Origin: Acidimicrobiales bacterium
Lineage (GTDB): Bacteria; Actinomycetota; Acidimicrobiia; Acidimicrobiales; VFJN01
DNA length: 64,000 nucleotides
Reading direction: 5' to 3'
Assembly: GCA_035296625.1 (NCBI GenBank)
Contig: DATHAO010000055.1
Span: forward strand, 8,410 to 72,409
Below are positions 45,171-53,541 of this stretch, in pieces. Below the pieces are notes generated by a model that did no database searches, was not told the DNA's origin, and was given only the letters and a program-made list of their open reading frames with translations. The position numbers were made by a program, and so were the translations under genes. Positions within the stretch are counted from its first letter, which is position 1, and each line of letters opens with the position of its first letter.

Positions 45171-46091
45171 CTACCGGCCGGCCTCGTCCAGCCTAGGGTG
45201 GACACCGGGTTGGTCGGCGGCGGCCACGATCTCGCGAATCGTCTCGTCGACGACCCGCGCTGGGGCCGACAGGCGGGCGCGGCGGCTGTGGGCGAGGCCG
45301 ACCCGGCGACGGGCCAGGCCGTCGACCGGCACGCGGTGCCAGGCGCCGGTGATCCACGCCGGCACCGCGGAGGAGGGTAGGACGGCGGGGCCGAAGCCCT
45401 CGAAGGCCAGCGACGCCACGAGGCGGAGGCCGTCGACCTCGGCCAAAGGGCGCAGGGCGACGCCCGCCTGGGCGGCCTCGCGGTCCAGCTCGTCGCGGAA
45501 CGCCGTGCCCTGCGGTTCGAGCAGCAGCTCGTGGGCCGCCAGCTCGGCGAGGTCGATGCGCTCGTGCTTGGCGAGCGGGTGGCCGTCGGGGGCCACGACG
45601 ATGCGGTCCTCGTCGAAGAGGGGGCGGCTGACGAGATCGGGGTCGGGGATCGGCAGGTTCACGACCGCGAGGTCGAGCGCCTCGCTCAGCAGCTGGGGGA
45701 GCAGCGACGTCGTGGTGGCGTCGACCACCACGACTCCCACCTTCGGATGCCGCTCGCGCATCACCTCGAGCAGCCGGGGCACGAGCCAGCGCCCGACCGT
45801 GCCGATGCAGCCGAGGCGGACGCTGCCCGACACGTCGTGCATGAGCGCATCGACGTCCGCGCGCAGGGCGTCGAGCTCGTGGCGGATGCGCCGGGCCCGG
45901 GCGACGACGACGTCGCCCTCGTCGGTCAGCGCCCCGGAGGTACGGTCGACCAGCGTGGCGCTCAGCTCGCGCTCGAGCCGCGCCACGTGCGTGGACACGT
46001 TCGACTGAACCGTGTGGAGCAACCGGGCGGCGCCGGAGAACGAGCCGGCTTCCGCCACGGCCACGAGGGCGGCGAGCTGACGAAGGTCCAT
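45171..46091 (-). CDS. LysR family transcriptional regulator
   Basis: MDLRQLAALVAVAEAGSFSGAARLLHTVQSNVSTHVARLE, followed by a LysR substrate-binding domain. Confidence 0.9.
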   Translation of the reverse strand: MDLRQLAALVAVAEAGSFSGAARLLHTVQSNVSTHVARLERELSATLVDRTSGALTDEGDVVVARARRIRHELDALRADVDALMHDVSGSVRLGCIGTVGRWLVPRLLEVMRERHPKVGVVVVDATTTSLLPQLLSEALDLAVVNLPIPDPDLVSRPLFDEDRIVVAPDGHPLAKHERIDLAELAAHELLLEPQGTAFRDELDREAAQAGVALRPLAEVDGLRLVASLAFEGFGPAVLPSSAVPAWITGAWHRVPVDGLARRRVGLAHSRRARLSAPARVVDETIREIVAAADQPGVHPRLDEAGR

Positions 46092-46126
46092 CGCTCAACA
46101 TGATGGCACCTATCGGAAACAACTGT

Positions 46127-46155
46127 TTGACGCATCGGCCGGCTCGTCCCACAAT
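46127..46155 (+). promoter_or_regulatory. Candidate sigma-70-type promoter for the 6C RNA (TTGACG-17 nt-CACAAT)
   Basis: TTGACG is at 46127..46132 and CACAAT at 46150..46155. The predicted transcription start is near 46162. Confidence 0.45.
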
Positions 46156-46161
46156 GGCTGT

Positions 46162-46288
46162 ACACGAGCGGCGTAGGAATCCCCCCTCCGAAGCCGTTCG
46201 ATTAGAGGTGCCGCAGACGGGATCCCCCCTCCGCTGCGAAGCACCCGTAGGAGCCGACCGATCACCCGCGGTCGGCTCCTTCCGTTTT
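46162..46288 (+). ncRNA. 6C: 6C-family small RNA (two stem-loops with CCCCCC loops plus an intrinsic terminator)
   Basis: Stem-loop 1 pairs cgagcggc (46165..46172) with gccgttcg (46193..46200), and an inner GGA/TCC helix closes the loop AUCCCCCC. Stem-loop 2 pairs ggtgc-cgcag (46207..46216) with ctgcg...gcacc (46234..46245), and an inner GGA/TCC helix closes the loop UCCCCCC. The terminator pairs ggagccgaccg (46250..46260) with cggtcggctcc (46269..46279) and is followed by ttccgtttt. Confidence 0.8.
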
Positions 46289-46346
46289 CCGGTGGCTCCG
46301 CCCGCCACCCCGCAGCAGCGGCGTCCGGGCTGTACGGTCGGCCCCG

Positions 46347-47819
46347 ATGAGTGCCACCGCCACCCCGGGACCCGTCGCCGACGGTCGCCGTCCGCAGGCC
46401 GCGGCCTTCTTCGACCTCGACCGCACGCTGCTCAGCGGCGCCAGCGGCCCGGCCTACAGCCAGGCCATGCGCGACGCCGGGGTGATCACGCAGGGCCCCG
46501 TGCCCGGCGAGTCGCTGCTCTATCGGTTCTTCGACCTGGTGGGTGAGACCCGCCCGGCCATGCTCCTCACCCGCCAGGGAGCCCGGCTGGCCAAGGGCTG
46601 GTCCAGCGCCGAGGTGCGCGAGGCCGGGCGCATCGCCGCCGGGCGCCTCGTCGACGTCGTCCAGCCCTACGCCCGGCCGCTGCTCGACGGGCACCGCCGG
46701 GCCGGGCGGCCCGTGGTCATGGCGACCACCACGCCGGTCGACATGGTGGGCCCTCTGGCCGACGCGCTCGGCTTCGACGACGTGATCGCCACCCGCTACG
46801 GGACCGGCCCCGATGGCCGCTACGACGGCACTATCGACGGCGAGTTCGTCTGGGGTCCGGGCAAGCTACGGGCCGTGCGGGCCTGGGCCGACGACCACGG
46901 CGTCGACGTCGGCGCCAGCTGGGCGTACTCCGACAGCCTCTACGACCGCCCGCTGCTCGGCGCCGTCGCCCACCCCGTGGCCGTCAACCCCGACCTGCGG
47001 CTGCAGGCCGTGGCGACGCTGCGGCGGTGGCCGATCGTGCACCTCGACGTGCCCGCCGGAGTGGCGAAGCTGCCGATCATCGGGCTCGAGCTGCAGCGCA
47101 TCGGCCAGTACGCCCTGCGCCCCGAGCTGCTGCCCTACGCCCGCTTCACGTTCTCCGGCCTCGAGCACATCCCGGACGACGGCCCGGCGATCCTCGTGTC
47201 GAACCACCGCAGCTACTTCGACCCGGTCGCGCTGGCGCTCGCGTTCGCTCGCCGCCACCGGCCCGTGCGGTTTCTCGGCAAGCGTGAGGTCTTCGACGCC
47301 CCCGTCGTCGGCCCCGTCGTGCGGGCCATGGGCGGCATCCCCGTCGACCGGGCCAGCGGGTCGAGCGAGCCGCTCGAGCAGGCCGCGGTGGCGCTCGGGG
47401 CGGGCGAGCTCGTGGCGATCCTCCCCCAGGGCACGATCCCGCGCGGGCCCGCGTTCTTCGACCCCGAGCTGAAGGGCCGATGGGGCGCAGCCCGCCTGGC
47501 GGCCATGACCGGCGTGCCGGTCGTGCCCATCGGGCTGTGGGGCACCGAGCGCGTGTGGCCGCGCCGCGAGCGTGTCCCCCGCATGTGGAACCTCACGAAC
47601 CCCGCCCACGTCTCGGTGGCGGTGGGGCCACCCGTCACGCTCAAGCTGCGCTCACCCGCCGCGGACACCCGCAGGATCATGGCGGCGATCGCCGACCTGC
47701 TGCCGCCCGAGGCCCGCGAGGGCCGCACGCCGACGGCCGAGGAGCTCGCCCTCACCTACCCCACCGGCTACCGAGGCGACCCCGAGGCCGAGACGGAGCG
47801 CCGCCCCGGCGAGGACTGA
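46347..47819 (+). CDS. HAD-IB hydrolase fused to a lysophospholipid (PlsC-type) acyltransferase
   Basis: HAD motif I is FFDLDRTLL. The acyltransferase H(x)4D motif is VSNHRSYFDP, with a later PQGTIPRG block. Confidence 0.85.
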   Translation: MSATATPGPVADGRRPQAAAFFDLDRTLLSGASGPAYSQAMRDAGVITQGPVPGESLLYRFFDLVGETRPAMLLTRQGARLAKGWSSAEVREAGRIAAGRLVDVVQPYARPLLDGHRRAGRPVVMATTTPVDMVGPLADALGFDDVIATRYGTGPDGRYDGTIDGEFVWGPGKLRAVRAWADDHGVDVGASWAYSDSLYDRPLLGAVAHPVAVNPDLRLQAVATLRRWPIVHLDVPAGVAKLPIIGLELQRIGQYALRPELLPYARFTFSGLEHIPDDGPAILVSNHRSYFDPVALALAFARRHRPVRFLGKREVFDAPVVGPVVRAMGGIPVDRASGSSEPLEQAAVALGAGELVAILPQGTIPRGPAFFDPELKGRWGAARLAAMTGVPVVPIGLWGTERVWPRRERVPRMWNLTNPAHVSVAVGPPVTLKLRSPAADTRRIMAAIADLLPPEAREGRTPTAEELALTYPTGYRGDPEAETERRPGED

Positions 47820-47850
47820 GCACGGCCCGGCTGAGCGGATCCGCGGATGG

Positions 47851-49755
47851 TCACGGTCGTCTTCTCGGCCGCTGGGCGGCCGAGAGGTCGAGCGACGGGC
47901 TATCTCCGCTCGTGGAGCCTTCGGGACCGGGCCGCTGGGCCACGGCTGCGCCCGTCGGTGCCGCCTCTCCGGCCGAGTCGCGCACCCAGCGCCCGCGGCC
48001 GGACGTCTTGGCCGCGCGCATGGCGTCGTCGGCTCGCTGGAGCACATCGTCGACCGGCCCCTCGGCCACCGACGCCACGCCGATGCTGGCGTCGAGGTGC
48101 ACCTCGTAGGACGAGCCGGGCAGCGGGGTGATCGGCTCGCGGAGGACCTCGAGCAGTCGGGCCGCCACGACCTCGACGGCGTCGGGTGTGGTCAGCCGCT
48201 CGCACAGCACGGCGAACTCGTCGCCGCCGATGCGGGCCACCAGGTCGCCGGGCCGCAGGGCGTCGAGCAGCCGCCCGCCCACCGCGGCCAGCACGCGGTC
48301 GCCGACCGGGTGCCCGAGTTGCTCGTTGACCGGCTTGAAGTGGTCGAGGTCGAGGTAGATCACGGCGGCCTGGTCTTCGCCGGAGCGGGCCACCGCGGCG
48401 AGCCGGTCGATGAACGCCGGGCGATTCGCCAACCCGGTGAGCGGGTCGTGGGTGGCGGCGAAGCGCAACGTGGTGTGGCTTCGGTCCCATTGCAGCGTGA
48501 GACGCAGCAGGTGGCCGACGCGCCGCACGGTCGTCCAGTTGAAGCGGCTCGGGCGGCCGGCCCGGGTGCGCCACACCACAATGGCGGCGGCGGGTTCCCC
48601 GTCGCCCGGCAGCGCCACGGGGTGAACCCAGCAGGCCTCGTAGCCCTCGGCCCGGGCACGGGCAGCCAGCGCGGGCGGCAACTCGTCCAGCTCGGCGAAG
48701 TGGTCCTTGCCGGAGTGCACGGCCCGGGTCCACGGCGCGCAGGGGTCGGCCTCCAGCAGCCCGCCGGCCCGCCCCGCGGTCGCCTCGAACCGGTTGCCGG
48801 TCCAGCGGTCGCCGATCGCCACCGCGGTCTCGGGCACCATCTCCTCGAGGGCGGCGACCAGCTCGGCGAGCACCTCGGCCACCGGAGCGCCCTCGCCCAT
48901 GGCCCCGATCGCCAGGTCGAGGGCGCGCTCGTAGCCCACTCGGCGAACGTGGACGACGTACCAGGGCAGGCCCGTGCGCCGCGTCGTGAGGACGGACAAC
49001 TCGCAGGGCAGGTGCCGCCCATCGGCGTGCACCAGGTCGACGGGTAGGCCCACGCCGCCCCACGGCGTGATCTCGAACGCCTCGTCGATCACGCCGAACG
49101 CCTCGTAGACCTCGCCCAGCGACTGGGGAGCGACCACGCTGTCGAAGCGGGTGCCCACGAGCTGGTCTGGCCGCCACCCGAAGAACCGCTCCATCGAGGC
49201 GCCCGCCCACACGATCGTTCCGTCCGGGTCGATCAGCGAGACGGGGAAGAGCGCGTGGTCGGCCATCGCCGCGAAGGACTCGGCGGTCGGGCCCGAGGCC
49301 TGGACCAGCTCGATGCGGTTGCCGAACGGGTCGTCGGTGTGGGCCCGCACCGTGCCCGGCACGTCCTCGGCGGGCCGCACGTCGTGACCCGCGGCGGTGA
49401 TCCGGGCGGCCAGGGCGCCGAGGTCGGCGACCACGAGCACCGGGTGGGCCTTGCGCGCCGGGCGGAAGGGGTCCTCGACGCCCAGGTGCAGGGTCACCTG
49501 CGGTCCCTCGAACCAGCACCCGCCCCGCACGGCCAGCGCGGGGGGCTTGGGCACGGGGCGCAGCCCGAGCAGGTCGCCGTAGAAGCGGTGGGCGGCGGCG
49601 ACCGCCTCGTGGCCGGCGGGCATCGCCAGCTGGACGTGGTCGATGCCGAGCAGGAGCGGGGCGTCGGGGGGCGCGGCCGGCCCGTCCGGCCGTGGGGACG
49701 CCGCCTCGGCCGGGGGGCCGGGGGCCTCGGGGGGATCGTGCTCGGGGCGAACCAT
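47851..49755 (-). CDS. Diguanylate cyclase with N-terminal VOC/glyoxalase-like domain, a PAS domain and a GAF-like region
   Basis: VOC-like domain: GIDHVQLAMPAGHE...HPVLVVAD...DPFGNRIELV. PAS: LIDPDGTIVWAGASMERFFGWRPDQLVG. GGDEF domain: DPLTGLANRPAF...YLDLDHFKPVNEQLGHPVGD...RIGGDEFAV, with an RxxD I-site (RPGD) 5 residues upstream. The ATG start at 49755 is uncertain. Confidence 0.8.
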   Translation of the reverse strand: MVRPEHDPPEAPGPPAEAASPRPDGPAAPPDAPLLLGIDHVQLAMPAGHEAVAAAHRFYGDLLGLRPVPKPPALAVRGGCWFEGPQVTLHLGVEDPFRPARKAHPVLVVADLGALAARITAAGHDVRPAEDVPGTVRAHTDDPFGNRIELVQASGPTAESFAAMADHALFPVSLIDPDGTIVWAGASMERFFGWRPDQLVGTRFDSVVAPQSLGEVYEAFGVIDEAFEITPWGGVGLPVDLVHADGRHLPCELSVLTTRRTGLPWYVVHVRRVGYERALDLAIGAMGEGAPVAEVLAELVAALEEMVPETAVAIGDRWTGNRFEATAGRAGGLLEADPCAPWTRAVHSGKDHFAELDELPPALAARARAEGYEACWVHPVALPGDGEPAAAIVVWRTRAGRPSRFNWTTVRRVGHLLRLTLQWDRSHTTLRFAATHDPLTGLANRPAFIDRLAAVARSGEDQAAVIYLDLDHFKPVNEQLGHPVGDRVLAAVGGRLLDALRPGDLVARIGGDEFAVLCERLTTPDAVEVVAARLLEVLREPITPLPGSSYEVHLDASIGVASVAEGPVDDVLQRADDAMRAAKTSGRGRWVRDSAGEAAPTGAAVAQRPGPEGSTSGDSPSLDLSAAQRPRRRP

Positions 49756-49938
49756 TCGATCAGCCGCCGCTCGGGGATTGGGGACCGGACCTCGACGTGC
49801 CGCGGGCGACGAGCCCGGGCCGGAGCTTCGTCGCACCGGCCGGACGTCGAGCCCCCAGACGGGCCGAGGCGGTCATCTTGTCACCCGCGGGCCCGCCCCG
49901 CAGCCCGGGGGTCGGCGTTTGCCCGAGGGCGGCCGGGC

Positions 49939-49957
49939 AGACAAGTCTGTGACAAGT
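49939..49957. promoter_or_regulatory. Repeated GACAAGT motifs, 11 bp apart, overlapping the GntR start codon
   Basis: In agacaagtctgtgacaagt the direct copies are at 49940..49946 and 49951..49957. An inverted copy (cttgtca) lies at 49877..49883. Confidence 0.35.
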
Positions 49958-50687
49958 GCGCGAGGTCCGCTACCGATCGATCGCCGACGAGCTGCGGGGC
50001 CGCGTGGAGGCCGGTGAGTTCGGCCGGGGCCGACTCCTGCCCAGCGAGAGCGAGCTGTCGACCGCCTACGGGGTCAGCCGGGTCACCGTGCGCAAGGCGC
50101 TCGAGCTGCTGCGCGACGAGGGCCTGATCGACGCCCGGCAGGGCTTCGGCTGGTTCGTGGCGACCGACCCGGTGCGCCAGTCGCTGGCCCGCCTGGGCAC
50201 GATCGAGGAGCAGCTGGAGGCGCTCGGCAGCGCGTCGGAGCGGCGCATCGTGAGCTTCGGCGTCGTGCCGGCGCCGCCCCGGGCGCGCCAGGTTCTGGGC
50301 GCCGGCTCGGTGCTCGAGGCGCGGCGCGTGAACCTGGCCGACGGCGAGCCGTTCGCCCGGGTCACCGTGTGGTGCCCCGAGGACGTGGCCGCCGGCCTGT
50401 CGCGGGCCGAGGTCCAGCGAGCACCGTTCTACGACCTGGTCGGCGCGGCCATCGGCTCGGCCACCCAGACGATAGGGGCGGTGGCCGCCGGGCCCGAGGA
50501 CGCCGCCCTGCTCGCCGTGCCGGTCGGCTCCCCGATGCTGCGCTGCGAGCGGATCACCCGCGACGCCCGGGAGTCACCAGTGCTCCTGTCGGAGTTCGTG
50601 TTCCCGGCGCACCGCACCGAGTTCGTGGTCGAGCTGAATCGCGTCGAGCCCTCGATCGGCCCGTCCGGCCTCCGCCTCGTCCAGTAA
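49956..50687 (+). CDS. GntR family regulator (HutC subfamily, UTRA effector domain)
   Basis: The winged HTH is LPSESELSTAYGVSRVTVRKALELLRDEGLIDARQGFGWFV, followed by a UTRA-like C-terminal domain. The start is a GTG. Confidence 0.85.
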   Translation: MREVRYRSIADELRGRVEAGEFGRGRLLPSESELSTAYGVSRVTVRKALELLRDEGLIDARQGFGWFVATDPVRQSLARLGTIEEQLEALGSASERRIVSFGVVPAPPRARQVLGAGSVLEARRVNLADGEPFARVTVWCPEDVAAGLSRAEVQRAPFYDLVGAAIGSATQTIGAVAAGPEDAALLAVPVGSPMLRCERITRDARESPVLLSEFVFPAHRTEFVVELNRVEPSIGPSGLRLVQ

Positions 50688-50701
50688 TGGCGGCGCGGCC
50701 G

Positions 50702-53464
50702 TCAGGTCCTCCGGACGGATTCGGGCGTCGCGGCGCCCACGCACGCCGTGGGCAGCGGCACGGCCGGGTCGAGACGGGGGGCCTCGACGGGCGGTACGCC
50801 CGCCACGTCGACGCAGTAGTCCGCTCCGATCTGCGCCATGACCTCCGCCGGCACGAGCAGCCCGGTCCCCGGCCCGGCGTCGAGCCGGCGGGGTGCGGCG
50901 CCGGCCGTGAGCAGCTGCAGCACGTAGGCGGGCCCGTCGGGGCCGTCCCAATCGAGTAGCAGACCACCGTCCAGGGGGACGGCGCGGATGGCCGTCGCCG
51001 GGTTGGGCGTAGGGACGGTAGCCATCGGGGCGCTCGCGGGCGTGGCCTGGCTCGTCGGCGTTGTGGCCGTGCGGTCGGCCGAGCCCGGGCCCGCGCTGTC
51101 CTCACCCGTGGCCACCAGGTAGGCGCCCCCCAGGCCGAGCACGACCACGACGACGAGCAGCACGATGACCGGCAGCGCGGGAGGCCCGGCCCGCACGCCG
51201 GGGCGCCCGGGGCCCGGCGCAGGCGGGCGCGGCTCGGTGTCGACGTCGATGCCGGTCAGGGACCGGCCGCCGGATGCTGCGCCGTCGGACGCGCCGGCCC
51301 GTCCGTCGATGCGCGACCCGAAGCCGGGCCGGGTGCCTCCCTCGCGCTCGAGGCGCTGGCGCTCCAGCCGGGCCTGGCGGGCCCGCTCGAGGGCGCTAGA
51401 CGCGTTGCTGCGCTCGCCGCTCTCGACCGGACGGGCCGGCCGGGGCTCCCGCCGGTGGGCGCGGTCGTGGCTGCGGCGGGAGCGCGACTCGCCCGGAACC
51501 TCGCCGGCGGCGGTCCCGTCGGGCGCGCCGCGGGCCTGGTCGGCTCCGGCGAGGTCGCCCGCCGGCCCGGCGCCGTGCGCGCTCGACATGCCGTTGAGGC
51601 CGGTAGTGGCGCCCGCGCTGTCGGGCGGGGTGTCGGTCGAGCCGAACGCCGCCCACCAGGGGCGAGCCTCATCCTCCTCGCCCGATCCGTTGCCGGCGAT
51701 GTCACCGGTGGAGGGGCCCGTGCCAGGCATCGACGTGGTGGCGGCCCACGGGGGCCCGCCGCCGTCGCCGGGACGCCACGGGCTGTCGGCGGTGGCGGGT
51801 GCGCGGCCGAGGTCGGGTGCGGGGCCGGGGGTCCAGTCGGCGGTGGCGGGTGCGCGGCCGAGGTCGGGTGCGGGGCCGGTCCAGTCCGCGGCCGCCGAGA
51901 GGTGGTGGTCGTCGGCGGCCCCGGGGTGCCAAGGGCGGTCGTCGGCGCCGCCAGGGTGGGCGGCCGGGACGCCCGGCGTCGGGACGGCGGGGTCGGCCAG
52001 CCACGACCAGTCGGGACGGGGCTCGGCCGCAGGCTCGTCGCCCGCGCCCGAGGACCCGCCGGCCGGTGACGTCGGCAACGGGTCGAACCCGCCCCCGATC
52101 GGGACACCGGCCACGCCCGGGCCACCGGACCCGAGCACCGCCGGCCGCGCATCGGCGACGGGAGCGCGGTCGACGCTGCCGGCCAGGCGCCCGGCCAGGT
52201 CGGACAGCGTCGCCCAGGGGGTGCCGTCCGGGGCCGTGCCGGCCGTTGCGGCGACCGAGGCGTCGTCGGGCCACGGGAACGCAGGCACCTCCGAGCCAGC
52301 CGGCCCCCGGGGCGCCGCCGGCGTCGGGTCGTCGGAGGCTTCCGGCGTGCGGTCGGGCCCGAGCGGGGCGCGCGGCGTCAGCAGGGGCGCGACGGGAGCC
52401 ACAGGCAGTCCAGCTTCCGTCGCCGGGACGGGCGTTGCGGGCGGCGGGACGGGCGCCGTCTCAGGACCGGCGGGCGCCGCCGCGAAGCTGGCGTGGGCCA
52501 CCCCGGGACCGGCGGGCGCTGCCGCAGAACCGGCGGGCGCCGCCGCGGAACTGGCGGGCGCCGCCCCCGGGCCCGCCGGGGAGTCGCCCGGCACGGCGAG
52601 GTCGGCGACGATCGGCTCGGTGACCTCCATGCCGGCCAGCCGCTGGGCGTCCTGCAGGGCCCAGGCAAGCTCGAGCACCTGCTGCTGGCGCTTGCCCGGC
52701 GTATGGGTGAGCGCGGTGCGGAGGGCGTCCTCGAGGCCGGGCGGCACGTCGGACCGCTGGATCGTCGGCATCGGCATCTGCAGGATGCGCAGCAGCAGCG
52801 ACGCCGTCGAGTCCACCACGCCGCAGGTGGCGTGCGGCGGCTGGCCGACCAGCAGCGTGTAGATCACCGACGCGAGCGAGTAGACGTCGGTGGCCGCCGA
52901 CAGGTCCGTGCTCTCGAGCACCTCGGGCGGGGCGTGGTAGGGGATCGACCGGTCGAGCGCCGCGCTGATTCCGGCCGGCTGGCCGAACTCGGTGAGGCCG
53001 GCCTCGGTGAGCACCGGCTGGCCCTCGGCGCTGAGCAGGATGAGGTCGGGCGCCACGCCGCCGTGCACCACCCCGGCCCGGTGCGCCGTCTCCAGGGCCC
53101 CGGCGAGCGCGATGCCCATGCGCAGGACGGGTTCGACCGCGAGCACGCCGCTCGTGGCCAGCAACCCGTGGGTCGTCGTGCGCTCGTGCCCGTCGCTCAC
53201 CACGTACAGGCGCCCGTCGTCGAGGCGGCCGCTCGCATGGATGGTGACCAGGTGGGGGTGCTGGCCCAGCCGCCGGGCGGTCGCGACGGCTCGGTCGAAC
53301 CGCCGCCGGGAGGCGTCGTCGCTGACGCGTCCGTAGACCGTGACCGTCACCGCGCCCCCGTAGGCGTCGCTGTCGGCGGCGTAGAGGGTGCACGCCGGGC
53401 GGTCGCCGAGGAGGGAGAGGCTACGGCAGTTGGGGATCGCCGGGGCACCAGAGTCGCCACGCAT
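50702..53464 (-). CDS. Membrane-anchored Ser/Thr protein kinase-like protein with degenerated catalytic motifs (pseudokinase), a long disordered linker and a small extracytoplasmic C-terminal domain
   Basis: Kinase-fold landmarks are retained: YHAPPEV (the APE region), DVYSLASVIYTLLVG and LTHTPGKR. The TM helix is LPVIVLLVVVVVLGLGGAYLV. The ATG at 53464 was chosen from within ORF 50702..53701. Confidence 0.7.
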   Translation of the reverse strand: MRGDSGAPAIPNCRSLSLLGDRPACTLYAADSDAYGGAVTVTVYGRVSDDASRRRFDRAVATARRLGQHPHLVTIHASGRLDDGRLYVVSDGHERTTTHGLLATSGVLAVEPVLRMGIALAGALETAHRAGVVHGGVAPDLILLSAEGQPVLTEAGLTEFGQPAGISAALDRSIPYHAPPEVLESTDLSAATDVYSLASVIYTLLVGQPPHATCGVVDSTASLLLRILQMPMPTIQRSDVPPGLEDALRTALTHTPGKRQQQVLELAWALQDAQRLAGMEVTEPIVADLAVPGDSPAGPGAAPASSAAAPAGSAAAPAGPGVAHASFAAAPAGPETAPVPPPATPVPATEAGLPVAPVAPLLTPRAPLGPDRTPEASDDPTPAAPRGPAGSEVPAFPWPDDASVAATAGTAPDGTPWATLSDLAGRLAGSVDRAPVADARPAVLGSGGPGVAGVPIGGGFDPLPTSPAGGSSGAGDEPAAEPRPDWSWLADPAVPTPGVPAAHPGGADDRPWHPGAADDHHLSAAADWTGPAPDLGRAPATADWTPGPAPDLGRAPATADSPWRPGDGGGPPWAATTSMPGTGPSTGDIAGNGSGEEDEARPWWAAFGSTDTPPDSAGATTGLNGMSSAHGAGPAGDLAGADQARGAPDGTAAGEVPGESRSRRSHDRAHRREPRPARPVESGERSNASSALERARQARLERQRLEREGGTRPGFGSRIDGRAGASDGAASGGRSLTGIDVDTEPRPPAPGPGRPGVRAGPPALPVIVLLVVVVVLGLGGAYLVATGEDSAGPGSADRTATTPTSQATPASAPMATVPTPNPATAIRAVPLDGGLLLDWDGPDGPAYVLQLLTAGAAPRRLDAGPGTGLLVPAEVMAQIGADYCVDVAGVPPVEAPRLDPAVPLPTACVGAATPESVRRT
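51785..51879. repeat. 51-bp tandem repeat x2 inside the pseudokinase linker
   Basis: Perfect 44-bp cores (gtcggcggtggcgggtgcgcggccgaggtcgggtgcggggccgg) lie at 51785..51828 and 51836..51879. On the minus strand they encode PAPDLGRAPATADW repeats. Confidence 0.9.
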
Positions 53465-53541
53465 GACGGACGGCGAATCTACACCGTCCCCGGGGCGCCG
53501 GATCCCGGAACGAGGGCCCGGCGCCCCTCGCGCGCAGTTCG

